A DNA stretch of 25,215 nucleotides from Pseudomonadota bacterium (GTDB lineage: Bacteria; Bdellovibrionota; Bdellovibrionia; Bdellovibrionales; Bdellovibrionaceae), in NCBI GenBank assembly GCA_041178425.1, contig JBEGVH010000039.1, forward strand, positions 1 to 25,215, written 5' to 3'. Under the pieces are notes generated by a model, which did not search any database, was not told where the DNA came from, and worked only from the letters and a program-made list of their open reading frames with translations. Positions 1-8,271 of the stretch are shown in pieces. The stretch's first letter is position 1. Every line of letters begins with the position of its first letter. Made by a program: the position numbers and the translations under genes.

Positions 1-1159
1 TTTTTCCGCCCATCAATTCAGCCAGCTGGCGCGAGATGCTCAACCCTAAACCTGTTCCCATATACTTTCTGGTGGCCGAACTATCTCCTTGAACAAAAGG
101 ATTAAACACTCTTAGTTTATCGCCATCGGAGAGTCCGACACCACTGTCTTCAACCACAAAACGAATCGTTTTTTTCAAGTTAGAATCTTGGGCTAATGCT
201 AAGACACTGAGACTGACCTCACCCTTGTCGGTGAATTTAACTGCATTGTTAGCCAGATTGGTAAGAATCTGTTTTATGCGAAGATCATCGCCGTGTAAAA
301 ACTTTGGCACTTGATCATCCACCCAACAAAAACACCGTAATCCTTTTTCTTCGGCAGGAATACGCACTAAATTAAATACATCCTCGATTAAAGATTGGAG
401 CGAAAACTCTCGTTTTTCCAACTCCATCCGTCCGGCTTCAATTTTAGATACATCTAAAATATCATTTATGATTCCAAGAAGACTTTTTGCCGAAGCTGAT
501 AACTTTTCAACGTACTCAGCTTGCTCCACCGTCAGAGGCGTTTTTGCTAGTAAATAGGCCATGCCTATAATGGCATTCATCGGTGTTCGAATTTCATGAC
601 TCATGTTTGCCAGAAAGAGACTCTTGGCATCATTCGCTTTCTCAGCCTCTTTCTTTGCGTCTTGCAAGGACATCATATTCGCTCGCCAGGCCGTCAAATC
701 GAGAACCTCTCCCAAAACAAAAACTTCGGATTCACCCTCATTCTGAAGAAGTCGGGCAACTGTAAAACAGAGTGAGAGTTCCTCGCGCACGATGAAATCG
801 GCTTTGAAGGTCCGAGTGGAAGAATCTCCCCCTGCCTCGCGCGGGAGAGCATGAACATTAAGAATCAAATTCCAAATTGATGATTCTTTGATTTTCTTTT
901 CTTCGAGATCAAAGAGCTTGCAAAACGAATCGTTAGCGTCTACCAAGCGGCCTTTTGAGTCTGTAAGAAACAGCGGTAGCGATGACAAGTTCCGATAATT
1001 ATGAAATGCAGTGAAAGCAAACGCCTCTTTTTCCGAAAAACGATGAACATCAGAGTCACTGAGGTGGCCAACAAATTGCTCCCAGCTTTTAACAGGAGTC
1101 GCTTCCTCCAGATAGGGGGAGCTAAAAATCGAAAAGATTTGCTCGATATAACTCTTCAT
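1..1159 (-). CDS. PAS-domain sensor histidine kinase (BarA/GacS-like, probably hybrid); 3' end runs off the window
   Basis: Absent from the ORF track because it has no stop in the window. Hand translation from ATG 1159 (AGAAGGTG upstream) gives MKSYIEQIF..., a PAS-like segment (LFLTDSKGRLVDANDSFCKLF), H-box FLANMSHEIRTPMNAIIG, N-box QILTNLANNAVKFT, G1 VEDSGVG, F-box FNPFVQGD and G2 GTGLGLSIS. Confidence 0.93.
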   Translation of the reverse strand, partial: MKSYIEQIFSIFSSPYLEEATPVKSWEQFVGHLSDSDVHRFSEKEAFAFTAFHNYRNLSSLPLFLTDSKGRLVDANDSFCKLFDLEEKKIKESSIWNLILNVHALPREAGGDSSTRTFKADFIVREELSLCFTVARLLQNEGESEVFVLGEVLDLTAWRANMMSLQDAKKEAEKANDAKSLFLANMSHEIRTPMNAIIGMAYLLAKTPLTVEQAEYVEKLSASAKSLLGIINDILDVSKIEAGRMELEKREFSLQSLIEDVFNLVRIPAEEKGLRCFCWVDDQVPKFLHGDDLRIKQILTNLANNAVKFTDKGEVSLSVLALAQDSNLKKTIRFVVEDSGVGLSDGDKLRVFNPFVQGDSSATRKYMGTGLGLSISRQLAELMGGK

Positions 1160-1182
1160 CCTTCAGTCACCTTCTATTAATT

Positions 1183-1866
1183 TTAAACAACGACGCGATA
1201 GCCCTCACCCACAACTGTCTGAATTTGAACTTTTGAATCGGCAATTTTCTTACGTAAATGACCGATATGGGTGTCGACTGTTCTATCGGTCACATGCATG
1301 TCTTCACCCCAAACCTCTAATAATAGAGAGTGTCGGGTCAATACCCGCCCTTGTGCTTTAATGAGGTTAAGTAGAAGCTTGAACTCGATCGAAGTTAAAG
1401 GAATCACCTGATTTGAAGCCTCATGTTCCAACCATACTTTTTGTTTAGGAACTGAGATCGACAGATCTCCTATTTTTATATTTTCAACGAAACCTCTTTG
1501 AGCCTCGATCTTGCGAAACTTTGCATCGATACGAGCAACCAATTCGAGGGGTTCGAAGGGTTTTACGATATAGTCATCGGCACCTATATTGAAGGCAGAA
1601 ACTTTTTGCGCAATATCGCCATAGGCCGTTAAGATAAAAACAGGGGTGGACTTGCCCTCGGCCCCGTTCATTAATTCACTTAAGAAATTCAGACCATCTC
1701 CATCGGGCAGGCCAACATCCAACGTAACAAGATCGTATCTCTTTTGGGCGAGTAATTTTTTTGCTTGAGAAATATCTCTGGCAAAATCAACCTGATGTGA
1801 TTTTAAGGTCGCTTCTAATAAGAGAATGATCTCTGGGTTATCCTCAACACAAAGTATTTGCTTCAT
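1183..1866 (-). CDS. OmpR/PhoB-family two-component response regulator
   Basis: Receiver domain (VED, LDVGLPDGDG, ILTA, GADDYIVKPF) plus winged-helix C-terminus (LTSIEFKLL, RTVDTHIGHLRKKI, TVVGEGY). Lies 23 bp upstream of the kinase on the same strand. Confidence 0.95.
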   Translation of the reverse strand: MKQILCVEDNPEIILLLEATLKSHQVDFARDISQAKKLLAQKRYDLVTLDVGLPDGDGLNFLSELMNGAEGKSTPVFILTAYGDIAQKVSAFNIGADDYIVKPFEPLELVARIDAKFRKIEAQRGFVENIKIGDLSISVPKQKVWLEHEASNQVIPLTSIEFKLLLNLIKAQGRVLTRHSLLLEVWGEDMHVTDRTVDTHIGHLRKKIADSKVQIQTVVGEGYRVVV

Positions 1867-2151
1867 TGCCGTTTCCTTAAATAAAACCTTTAGAAACCTT
1901 AACTTACTATACTACCACAGCTCATCAATCTTTAATCCAGGGCCTCGTATCAACTTTTCTTTACATGTTTAAAACTTAAGCAATCTAGACTGTTAACTAT
2001 TATTAGTTTAGTTAAATTTAACCATAAACGATCATTTTGATGCAAATCTGTCCCTCAAAAACCGAAGCTAGACTCAAATCTCATTCTCTTTGACCGAGGA
2101 GTAGAAGGCTTGAGTGGTCCTGAATGGATCACTTTTGAGGGGAGCTCGACA

Positions 2152-3318
2152 ATGTCAAACAATGGAGTCAGAAAGTTTGTAAGGGGAGATCTTCTCTTTT
2201 CTGAAAATGACCCCATTAAAACAATCTTATTGGTTCAAAGTGGTCGAGTTAAACTCTTTCTTCCCCGCGGAACTGGGATCGATGTTATCACGTTGACTGC
2301 TCCGTTCATACTTGGCGAACTGGCGTTGGTCGCCTCGGCCCGCTATCCTCTGTCGGCCACTGCTATGACTGAGGTATCAGCCTTAGAAATTCCACTTGAG
2401 GCGGCCAAACAAACAGTGGATGGCGCACCACAATTCTTTAAAACTCTTACTAAAGGTCTCATAGAGCAATTACGGGCTTTTTCCCAAGAGTTCAAAAATC
2501 AAAAATTAGAATTTGATCCCACGCCTTGCCCCTCCGAACTTATTCCAAGACTCTTTGGTGGCTTGTATCACTCTGTACAACATCTTGGGCGAGTCAATGA
2601 CGATGAAACAGTCGAGGCTGATTGGCTGGCACTAAAAAAGTATAGCAACCGTATTTTCAATTTACCTCAAGACAAAATCGATTCAATCAATCATATTCTC
2701 GTCAAGATGGGCATCGCCGAATATATCTACAGCAAAAATCCAGAAGACGAATCGGCCCCCGAACAGTTAACGAGTGTTCGTTATAAAAATTTTCTCAATG
2801 TTTTAACCTTTTTAGATTTTTACCAATTCTACTTTTATAAAACTGGTAAACAGGAAATCCTCAAATACGACGAGATTATTTTTAATTTAGTGCGAACCAT
2901 GATTAAACAAACTCATGAATCGCCACCCGATCGCACCGGAAACGTCAAGTTAGATCTCAATCAACTCGTCGATGGACTCAAGAAGGAATATGATCAAACA
3001 GTAACAGCTCACCATTGGCCCCTCCTCGATGCCAAGGGCCTTTTTACAAAACGGGCACAAAATCCTGACGGATCATTTTACATTGCTTTTCATCGAGAAG
3101 ACTTTGAAAAAACATTTGAAGGATGGCGCTTTCTTCGTGAGATTCATAAATGGAACTCCACCGGGTCGGTTAACCCCAAAGAACCAGAGTTTGCTGAGCG
3201 TTCAGAAATTCTCGCACCCATGGCAAAAGAGTGCCCGGACTGCAAAGCTCCAGTTGTTGAATTACAAAAATTTTGCAGCGAGTGCGGAGCCAAACTATCA
3301 TCGCTGTCAGCCGCTTAG
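2152..3318 (+). CDS. Crp/Fnr-type cyclic-nucleotide-binding-fold protein with C-terminal zinc ribbon
   Basis: N-terminal cNMP fold (GDLLFSEND...LVQSGRVKL...ILGELAL) and C-terminal CPDC-x10-CSECG. Start moved from TTG 2110 to ATG 2152, which follows GAGGGGAG. Confidence 0.8.
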   Translation: MSNNGVRKFVRGDLLFSENDPIKTILLVQSGRVKLFLPRGTGIDVITLTAPFILGELALVASARYPLSATAMTEVSALEIPLEAAKQTVDGAPQFFKTLTKGLIEQLRAFSQEFKNQKLEFDPTPCPSELIPRLFGGLYHSVQHLGRVNDDETVEADWLALKKYSNRIFNLPQDKIDSINHILVKMGIAEYIYSKNPEDESAPEQLTSVRYKNFLNVLTFLDFYQFYFYKTGKQEILKYDEIIFNLVRTMIKQTHESPPDRTGNVKLDLNQLVDGLKKEYDQTVTAHHWPLLDAKGLFTKRAQNPDGSFYIAFHREDFEKTFEGWRFLREIHKWNSTGSVNPKEPEFAERSEILAPMAKECPDCKAPVVELQKFCSECGAKLSSLSAA

Positions 3319-3495
3319 ACAGATCTCCTCAGGCTCACTAACTTTTTGACATTTCAAATTAAGACAGCATTTTTCTTTAAAAACTCCCAATTGATTTAGA
3401 CTATCAAAGGATTAGACACCCCTTAAATCATGCTATTCAAACCAAGACTTCAAGTTAATCTGTAGGTGGGGAACATAGCTTTTTTGGGGGATACC

Positions 3496-5580
3496 GTGAA
3501 AGTAAACAAGATCGCGCTTTTGCCACTGATTGCACATCTTCAAGCCTGCACCGCCATTAATTTCCAGAAGTTAGCAAAGTGGGAGTCCAAATCACTGATC
3601 GCCTATGAATTGAACGAAGATGACAGCGAAAAGACGTTTAAACTCCCTCATGTAGACGCTCCGAGAGAGTATAGAATTCTCTTAGACGGCGAAGAAGTTC
3701 AGGCATCCAAGGATAAACCATTTTTGAACGGAAGGCTTTTAACGCTCAATAAACTGACCGGTGAATTCAGCTACCGCCCAGAACCAAACTACCATGGCGC
3801 ACAGCTCGTCGAATTTGAGGTTCAAGATGCAATGTCTGGTTTGTGGTCACACTACGCTGCTGATCTGATCGTTCATCCGATCAACGATGCCCCTACCGCA
3901 CAAGACGCAACCATCCACCCTGGCGTCAATAAAACATTCCTTGTGCCCATCGACCTCTTCAAACCCTCAGACATCGATAATAATGCTCAGTTTAAGCTGG
4001 AGCTTATCAACCAAGACAACCTCTCGGTGGAAGAACTCCGAAGAGACGCGACCACGCTAAAAATTGGGAGCGATGGAAAAAGTATCGAAGTCGTCGTCGA
4101 AGCCTTTACGGGCGCGATGTCGATTGGAATTCGAATCAACGATGGGTCAAATAGTTCTAACGAATTCGTGGATGTGAATCTGGTCGTTTCACCCGAAAAT
4201 CCAATTCTTGATTTTAAGCCTGCACTTGCCGTCAACAAAACCCAATGCCTCAGTTGCCACTCTCAAGTCGATGGTAATTTTGTAACCTCTCTAGGCCTCG
4301 TCGATGGAAAAAACGAAATTAGTTTTCATAACAATGGAACCTACCAAGCGAAAATGGCCTATGGCGAATTCGCTTATGGCAACTGGACTGATCACGGAAG
4401 CAAAGCCTTCTCATTGACAACCTTTATTCGAGGAAACGTGTTTGTTCCGCATGCGCCACTCGACTCGGCGGCCAAGACTTTTAGTAAAAATATCTTTGCT
4501 GAAGCCACCCAAACGCTCACATTAACCAGTTCCATCCAAGTGTCAGCCGTCATGGACTTTGCTGGCGTACAACAAAGACTAGGCCTCAACTTAGCAGAAC
4601 CGCAAACCGGTGGACAATTTCTCTATGCCACCAACCGCCTCAGAACACCAGAATACCTCAAATATCTGACAAACTATGGTGCCGGCAAAACAATTCTTCC
4701 TGATACTAAATTTACGGAGGTCAAAGCGATTTCGATTCAAGCTCCCACTGAGGCCGCCATTAAAGAAAAGCTACGCACAGGCGAAACTATGAGTTTCTAT
4801 CCGCAAGATTTAAAACTCCCAAAACTAGAAAATTTTCAACTCAAAAAAGCGAGAGTGATCGATGGAAGCCAAAGATACATTTGGGGAAATGATCCAAAAC
4901 AAACAATGAAGTGCAACGGCGATATTTTTGTTGATGGAGCTGTGTACCTTGAACAGCTCCAACTAGATACCCGATCTGGATGTCGCATTCATGCGACTGG
5001 CACTATTTTTGTTTCAGGAAGACTTCGAGCCCCTTATGACAGTGCGACCTCCCTCCCTAAAGGCTTTCTCCTCATCAATCGAACCGAACAAAGCAACCTT
5101 GAACTCTCGTCCGCTTCGGCTATTTTACTAGGGCTCGGCTTCACCGGCAAATCACCCAATTCGGCGGGTGAATTGGTTTTTCCAGCACACTCAATTCGCA
5201 CCCGGATCAGTCGATCGGATGTAGTGAAGGCATCCCAACGAGTCATGGATGAGACCTATCTCTTGGTTGGCGACGAAAGCACGGTCGATGATCCTGCTCT
5301 TCTCATTGATGCCGCTTCGACCGGGCGAGAGGTTCAATTTGAGCGACTTTTGATTAATGCACCCATCATTCACTCTCGTTACACAGGCGACTTTAAGGGT
5401 GTTGTTATAGCTGACTTCGTTTTGTGGTCTTTGGGAAAGTTTAAGTATTTCTACGATGATGTTTTTGATCGAACTCCTGTCTTCCCGATGCTCCAACCTG
5501 GTCAGTTTTTTGAAGTCAAACTCTGCGACACCAATAAGATTTTGAAAAGGGATGACTATTTATCGGAGTGCAATCCCTAG
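3496..5580 (+). CDS. Predicted lipoprotein with cadherin-like/Ig domains, one CxxCH motif and an uncharacterised C-terminal beta-rich domain
   Basis: GTG 3496 follows GGGGGA. Signal peptide ends LQA-C. Cadherin-like motifs GEFSYRPEPNYHG, VHPINDAPTA and SDID. CLSCH at 4246-4260. Confidence 0.7.
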   Translation: MKVNKIALLPLIAHLQACTAINFQKLAKWESKSLIAYELNEDDSEKTFKLPHVDAPREYRILLDGEEVQASKDKPFLNGRLLTLNKLTGEFSYRPEPNYHGAQLVEFEVQDAMSGLWSHYAADLIVHPINDAPTAQDATIHPGVNKTFLVPIDLFKPSDIDNNAQFKLELINQDNLSVEELRRDATTLKIGSDGKSIEVVVEAFTGAMSIGIRINDGSNSSNEFVDVNLVVSPENPILDFKPALAVNKTQCLSCHSQVDGNFVTSLGLVDGKNEISFHNNGTYQAKMAYGEFAYGNWTDHGSKAFSLTTFIRGNVFVPHAPLDSAAKTFSKNIFAEATQTLTLTSSIQVSAVMDFAGVQQRLGLNLAEPQTGGQFLYATNRLRTPEYLKYLTNYGAGKTILPDTKFTEVKAISIQAPTEAAIKEKLRTGETMSFYPQDLKLPKLENFQLKKARVIDGSQRYIWGNDPKQTMKCNGDIFVDGAVYLEQLQLDTRSGCRIHATGTIFVSGRLRAPYDSATSLPKGFLLINRTEQSNLELSSASAILLGLGFTGKSPNSAGELVFPAHSIRTRISRSDVVKASQRVMDETYLLVGDESTVDDPALLIDAASTGREVQFERLLINAPIIHSRYTGDFKGVVIADFVLWSLGKFKYFYDDVFDRTPVFPMLQPGQFFEVKLCDTNKILKRDDYLSECNP

Positions 5581-5631
5581 TATGAAGAAGACTCTGGCAT
5601 CGATCGTGTATAGGGTCTTTGCCGAGGTGCG

Positions 5632-6378
5632 ATGGCTATGCGAATACTTGTAATCACGTCAGAGATAACTTTTGTTCCCGAAAACTATCAAACGGTTATT
5701 CTCGGTCTGGCTGACAACCCTGAGATCTACGGGTTGATGGTTGTTAAGAACCGAACTTTAGGCCTCCTAAAGCAAGCCCTGCTTTCGATCTATAGAAAAA
5801 CGGCTCCTGCCCTGAGTTGGCAACTTGTCAAAAACTTCTTCAGTGTCACCAATTGGAAACGGCTTCGCCATTACAAAAAAAACGATAAACAATTTTACAT
5901 TGTCGACGAGATGAATTCCCCAAAAACAGCAGAGCTCATTCGGCGAGCCCAGATTGACTTAATCCTTTGCTTAAGAACAAAAGAAGTTCCAAACCCCAAT
6001 CTTTTAAAATCCTCACGCCTAGGCGCCCTTCGAATACACTACGGACTTCTTCCGGAGCAAAAGGGTTTGATGTGTGACTTCTGGGCTCACACCGAAAAGA
6101 TTAAAACCGGATTCACTCTCCACCAACTTACTCCACGCGTTGACGATGGCTCCATCATTCGTCGATTGGAGGTTCCTTTAAGTGATAGCGGATACTTAGA
6201 ATACGTTGAACGCTCGACACTTTTGGAGCTTGCCGTTCTCCTTAACTTTCTCAAAGAACTTCGCGAAACGGGCACCTGGACAGGGGCTGACCTTCACCTC
6301 TCAATTCCTTTTAATTACCGCAAAAATCCAACGCCCCTCGACTTTCGCAAATTTCAAGACCTCGGCCTGTCGATTTAA
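5632..6378 (+). CDS. Formyltransferase-family protein (Formyl_trans_N fold)
   Basis: IDLIL, LRIHYGLLPEQKG (canonical xNxHxSLLPxxxG) and TGFTLHQLTPRVDDGSII (canonical GxTxHxxxxxxDxGxII). Confidence 0.8.
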   Translation: MAMRILVITSEITFVPENYQTVILGLADNPEIYGLMVVKNRTLGLLKQALLSIYRKTAPALSWQLVKNFFSVTNWKRLRHYKKNDKQFYIVDEMNSPKTAELIRRAQIDLILCLRTKEVPNPNLLKSSRLGALRIHYGLLPEQKGLMCDFWAHTEKIKTGFTLHQLTPRVDDGSIIRRLEVPLSDSGYLEYVERSTLLELAVLLNFLKELRETGTWTGADLHLSIPFNYRKNPTPLDFRKFQDLGLSI

Positions 6379-6428
6379 CTCGTTTTCCGAAAATACTTAT
6401 TTATCCTTCTCCAGCACTTAACACTGAA

Positions 6429-7391
6429 TCATTCTTTAACTGGCAGAACATCGAGATCTTTTTGGCGAAGCTTACGAAGTTCTTCGGGAATAGCTTTTAA
6501 GATCGATTCCCCAAGCGATTCGATGAGATCATTTTTGTAATGTTCCCGGCGATAAACGAGACCAATCTCTCGAGCTGGGATAGGGCGCTCAAAGGGGATC
6601 GTCTGCGATCGATTGCCGTAGCTGTTCGTCGCGAGTTGTGGGAGCAACGTATAACCCCCATATTGATCAACAAGGTTTTTAAGAGTTTCTAAACTCCCGC
6701 TTTCGAACTGAAATCGCTTTTTCGAGGCGCGCCCCTGCCTGATGGAACAAATATCGAGAACTTGGTTTCGCAGACAATGCCCTTCTTCGAGCAACCAAAT
6801 ATCTGAAAACTTAAGATTGGCGTATTTCACTCTTTTGCTTGCTGCGAGCTCATGATCTTTTTTGCAGAGAACAGAAAAAGGTTCAAAGTATAAAGGCATC
6901 TCATACATTTTAGGAATTTTAACCGGCGTTGCCAAAATTCCTACGTCGATCTCATCAGCATTGAGGGCGTCGATAATTCGATGAGTTTGCATCTCGAACA
7001 TTTTTAGCTGAAGATCGGGAAAATGTTTCTCAACAACTGGTAGCAACAACGGCAAAAGATAGGGTGCAATCGTCGGGATAACACCCAGAGTTAACTCCCC
7101 TGCCACCTTTCCAGTTTGACTCACCTGGATAATCGCCTCGATCTTTTTGGCTTCAAAGAGGACGGTTTGAATTTGCTCAATAATCTTTTTTCCGACTTCG
7201 CTCAACAAAATTGGTTTTTTACTGCGATCAAAAATGACCACCCCAAGCTCTTCTTCGAGCTTCTGGATTTGCATACTGAGCGTGGGTTGCGTGACATGAC
7301 ACGACTCAGCAGCTTTGGCAAAGTGGCCATGGCGATAGACCGCTAAAACGTATTCAAGCTGAGTTAAAGAAAAATTAAGATTCGAAGACAT
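6429..7391 (-). CDS. oxyR: LysR-family hydrogen-peroxide-inducible activator OxyR
   Basis: LysR HTH (HFAKAAESCHVTQPTLSMQIQKLEEELG), GVIPTIAPYLLP, and redox motif LEEGHCLRNQVLDIC with both OxyR cysteines. Divergent from ahpCF. Confidence 0.96.
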   Translation of the reverse strand: MSSNLNFSLTQLEYVLAVYRHGHFAKAAESCHVTQPTLSMQIQKLEEELGVVIFDRSKKPILLSEVGKKIIEQIQTVLFEAKKIEAIIQVSQTGKVAGELTLGVIPTIAPYLLPLLLPVVEKHFPDLQLKMFEMQTHRIIDALNADEIDVGILATPVKIPKMYEMPLYFEPFSVLCKKDHELAASKRVKYANLKFSDIWLLEEGHCLRNQVLDICSIRQGRASKKRFQFESGSLETLKNLVDQYGGYTLLPQLATNSYGNRSQTIPFERPIPAREIGLVYRREHYKNDLIESLGESILKAIPEELRKLRQKDLDVLPVKE

Positions 7392-7404
7392 ATCCCCATT
7401 TTTA

Positions 7405-7441
7405 ATAGAAAAACTCTATCAAAACAAATAAAAAATCGATT
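7405..7441. promoter_or_regulatory. OxyR binding site between oxyR and ahpC
   Basis: Exact ATAG-N7-CTAT at 7405-7419, followed by a degenerate second half (AATA-N7-GATT) ending at the predicted ahpC -35. This matches the known OxyR box arrangement. Confidence 0.85.
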
Positions 7442-7469
7442 TTACTAATTCCTCACCCTCCCCTAAGCT
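7441..7469 (+). promoter_or_regulatory. Sigma70-type promoter of ahpC
   Basis: TTTACT-N17-TAAGCT directly adjacent to the OxyR box. Confidence 0.6.
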
Positions 7470-7552
7470 GAGGTCAAGTTCAACAATCGGTCTAGGACTG
7501 AATCCCCCTAGACCCTATCGTCGGAAAACTTCCGACACAAAGGAGAAGAGTT

Positions 7553-8119
7553 ATGACAACACTAATTAACACCAAACTCCCTGAGTTTAAGGTGCAAGCG
7601 TATCACAATGATGCGTTCAAAGCGGTCACTCATCAAGATTTGATGGGCAAATGGTCTGTTTTGTTTTTCTACCCTGCAGACTTCACATTTGTTTGCCCCA
7701 CCGAGCTTGGTGACATGGCTGACAAATACGCTGAATTTCAAAAAATGGGCGTAGAAGTGTACTCTGTGAGCACAGACACCCACTTCACCCACAAAGCATG
7801 GCATGATGCTTCTGAGACCATCAAAAAAATCAAATACCCAATGTTAGCTGACCCAACAGGAACATTGACTCGCGCCTTCGGTGTTCACATTGAAGAAGCA
7901 GGACTTGCTTACCGTGGCACTTTCTTGATCGATCCAGAAGGTCGCATCAAATTGGCTGAAGTAAACGATAATGGAATCGGCCGTAACGCCGACGAACTTT
8001 TGAGAAAAGTTCAAGCAGCTCAATTTATCGCTAAAAACCCAAGCGAAGTTTGCCCTGCTAAATGGCACCCAGGCGAAAAGACCCTTAAGCCAGGTCTTAA
8101 CCTCGTTGGTAAAATCTAA
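7553..8119 (+). CDS. ahpC: Alkyl hydroperoxide reductase subunit C (2-Cys peroxiredoxin)
   Basis: FYPADFTFVCPTE and EVCPAKW motifs; AAGGAG RBS. Confidence 0.98.
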   Translation: MTTLINTKLPEFKVQAYHNDAFKAVTHQDLMGKWSVLFFYPADFTFVCPTELGDMADKYAEFQKMGVEVYSVSTDTHFTHKAWHDASETIKKIKYPMLADPTGTLTRAFGVHIEEAGLAYRGTFLIDPEGRIKLAEVNDNGIGRNADELLRKVQAAQFIAKNPSEVCPAKWHPGEKTLKPGLNLVGKI

Positions 8120-8132
8120 GAGATCCTCTGGC

Positions 8133-8163
8133 GCGAAGAGCCTTCCTCCCGAGGGCTCTTCGC
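8133..8163 (+). other. Intercistronic GC-rich stem-loop after ahpC, without a U-tract
   Basis: GCGAAGAGCC (8133-8142) pairs perfectly with GGCTCTTCGC (8154-8163). Confidence 0.6.
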
Positions 8164-8271
8164 ACCCCATCGAAGACTCTGTTGAAAGAACCAACAATGT
8201 AGGAATTGTTTTTTTCAACAGCGCCTTTGCAGGAAGCGAATTTAAAACTAAAGTGCTGATGTGGAGGTTTT

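Noticed and set aside
583..765. 60-aa plus-strand ORF
   Set aside because: Antisense to the histidine kinase H-box region.
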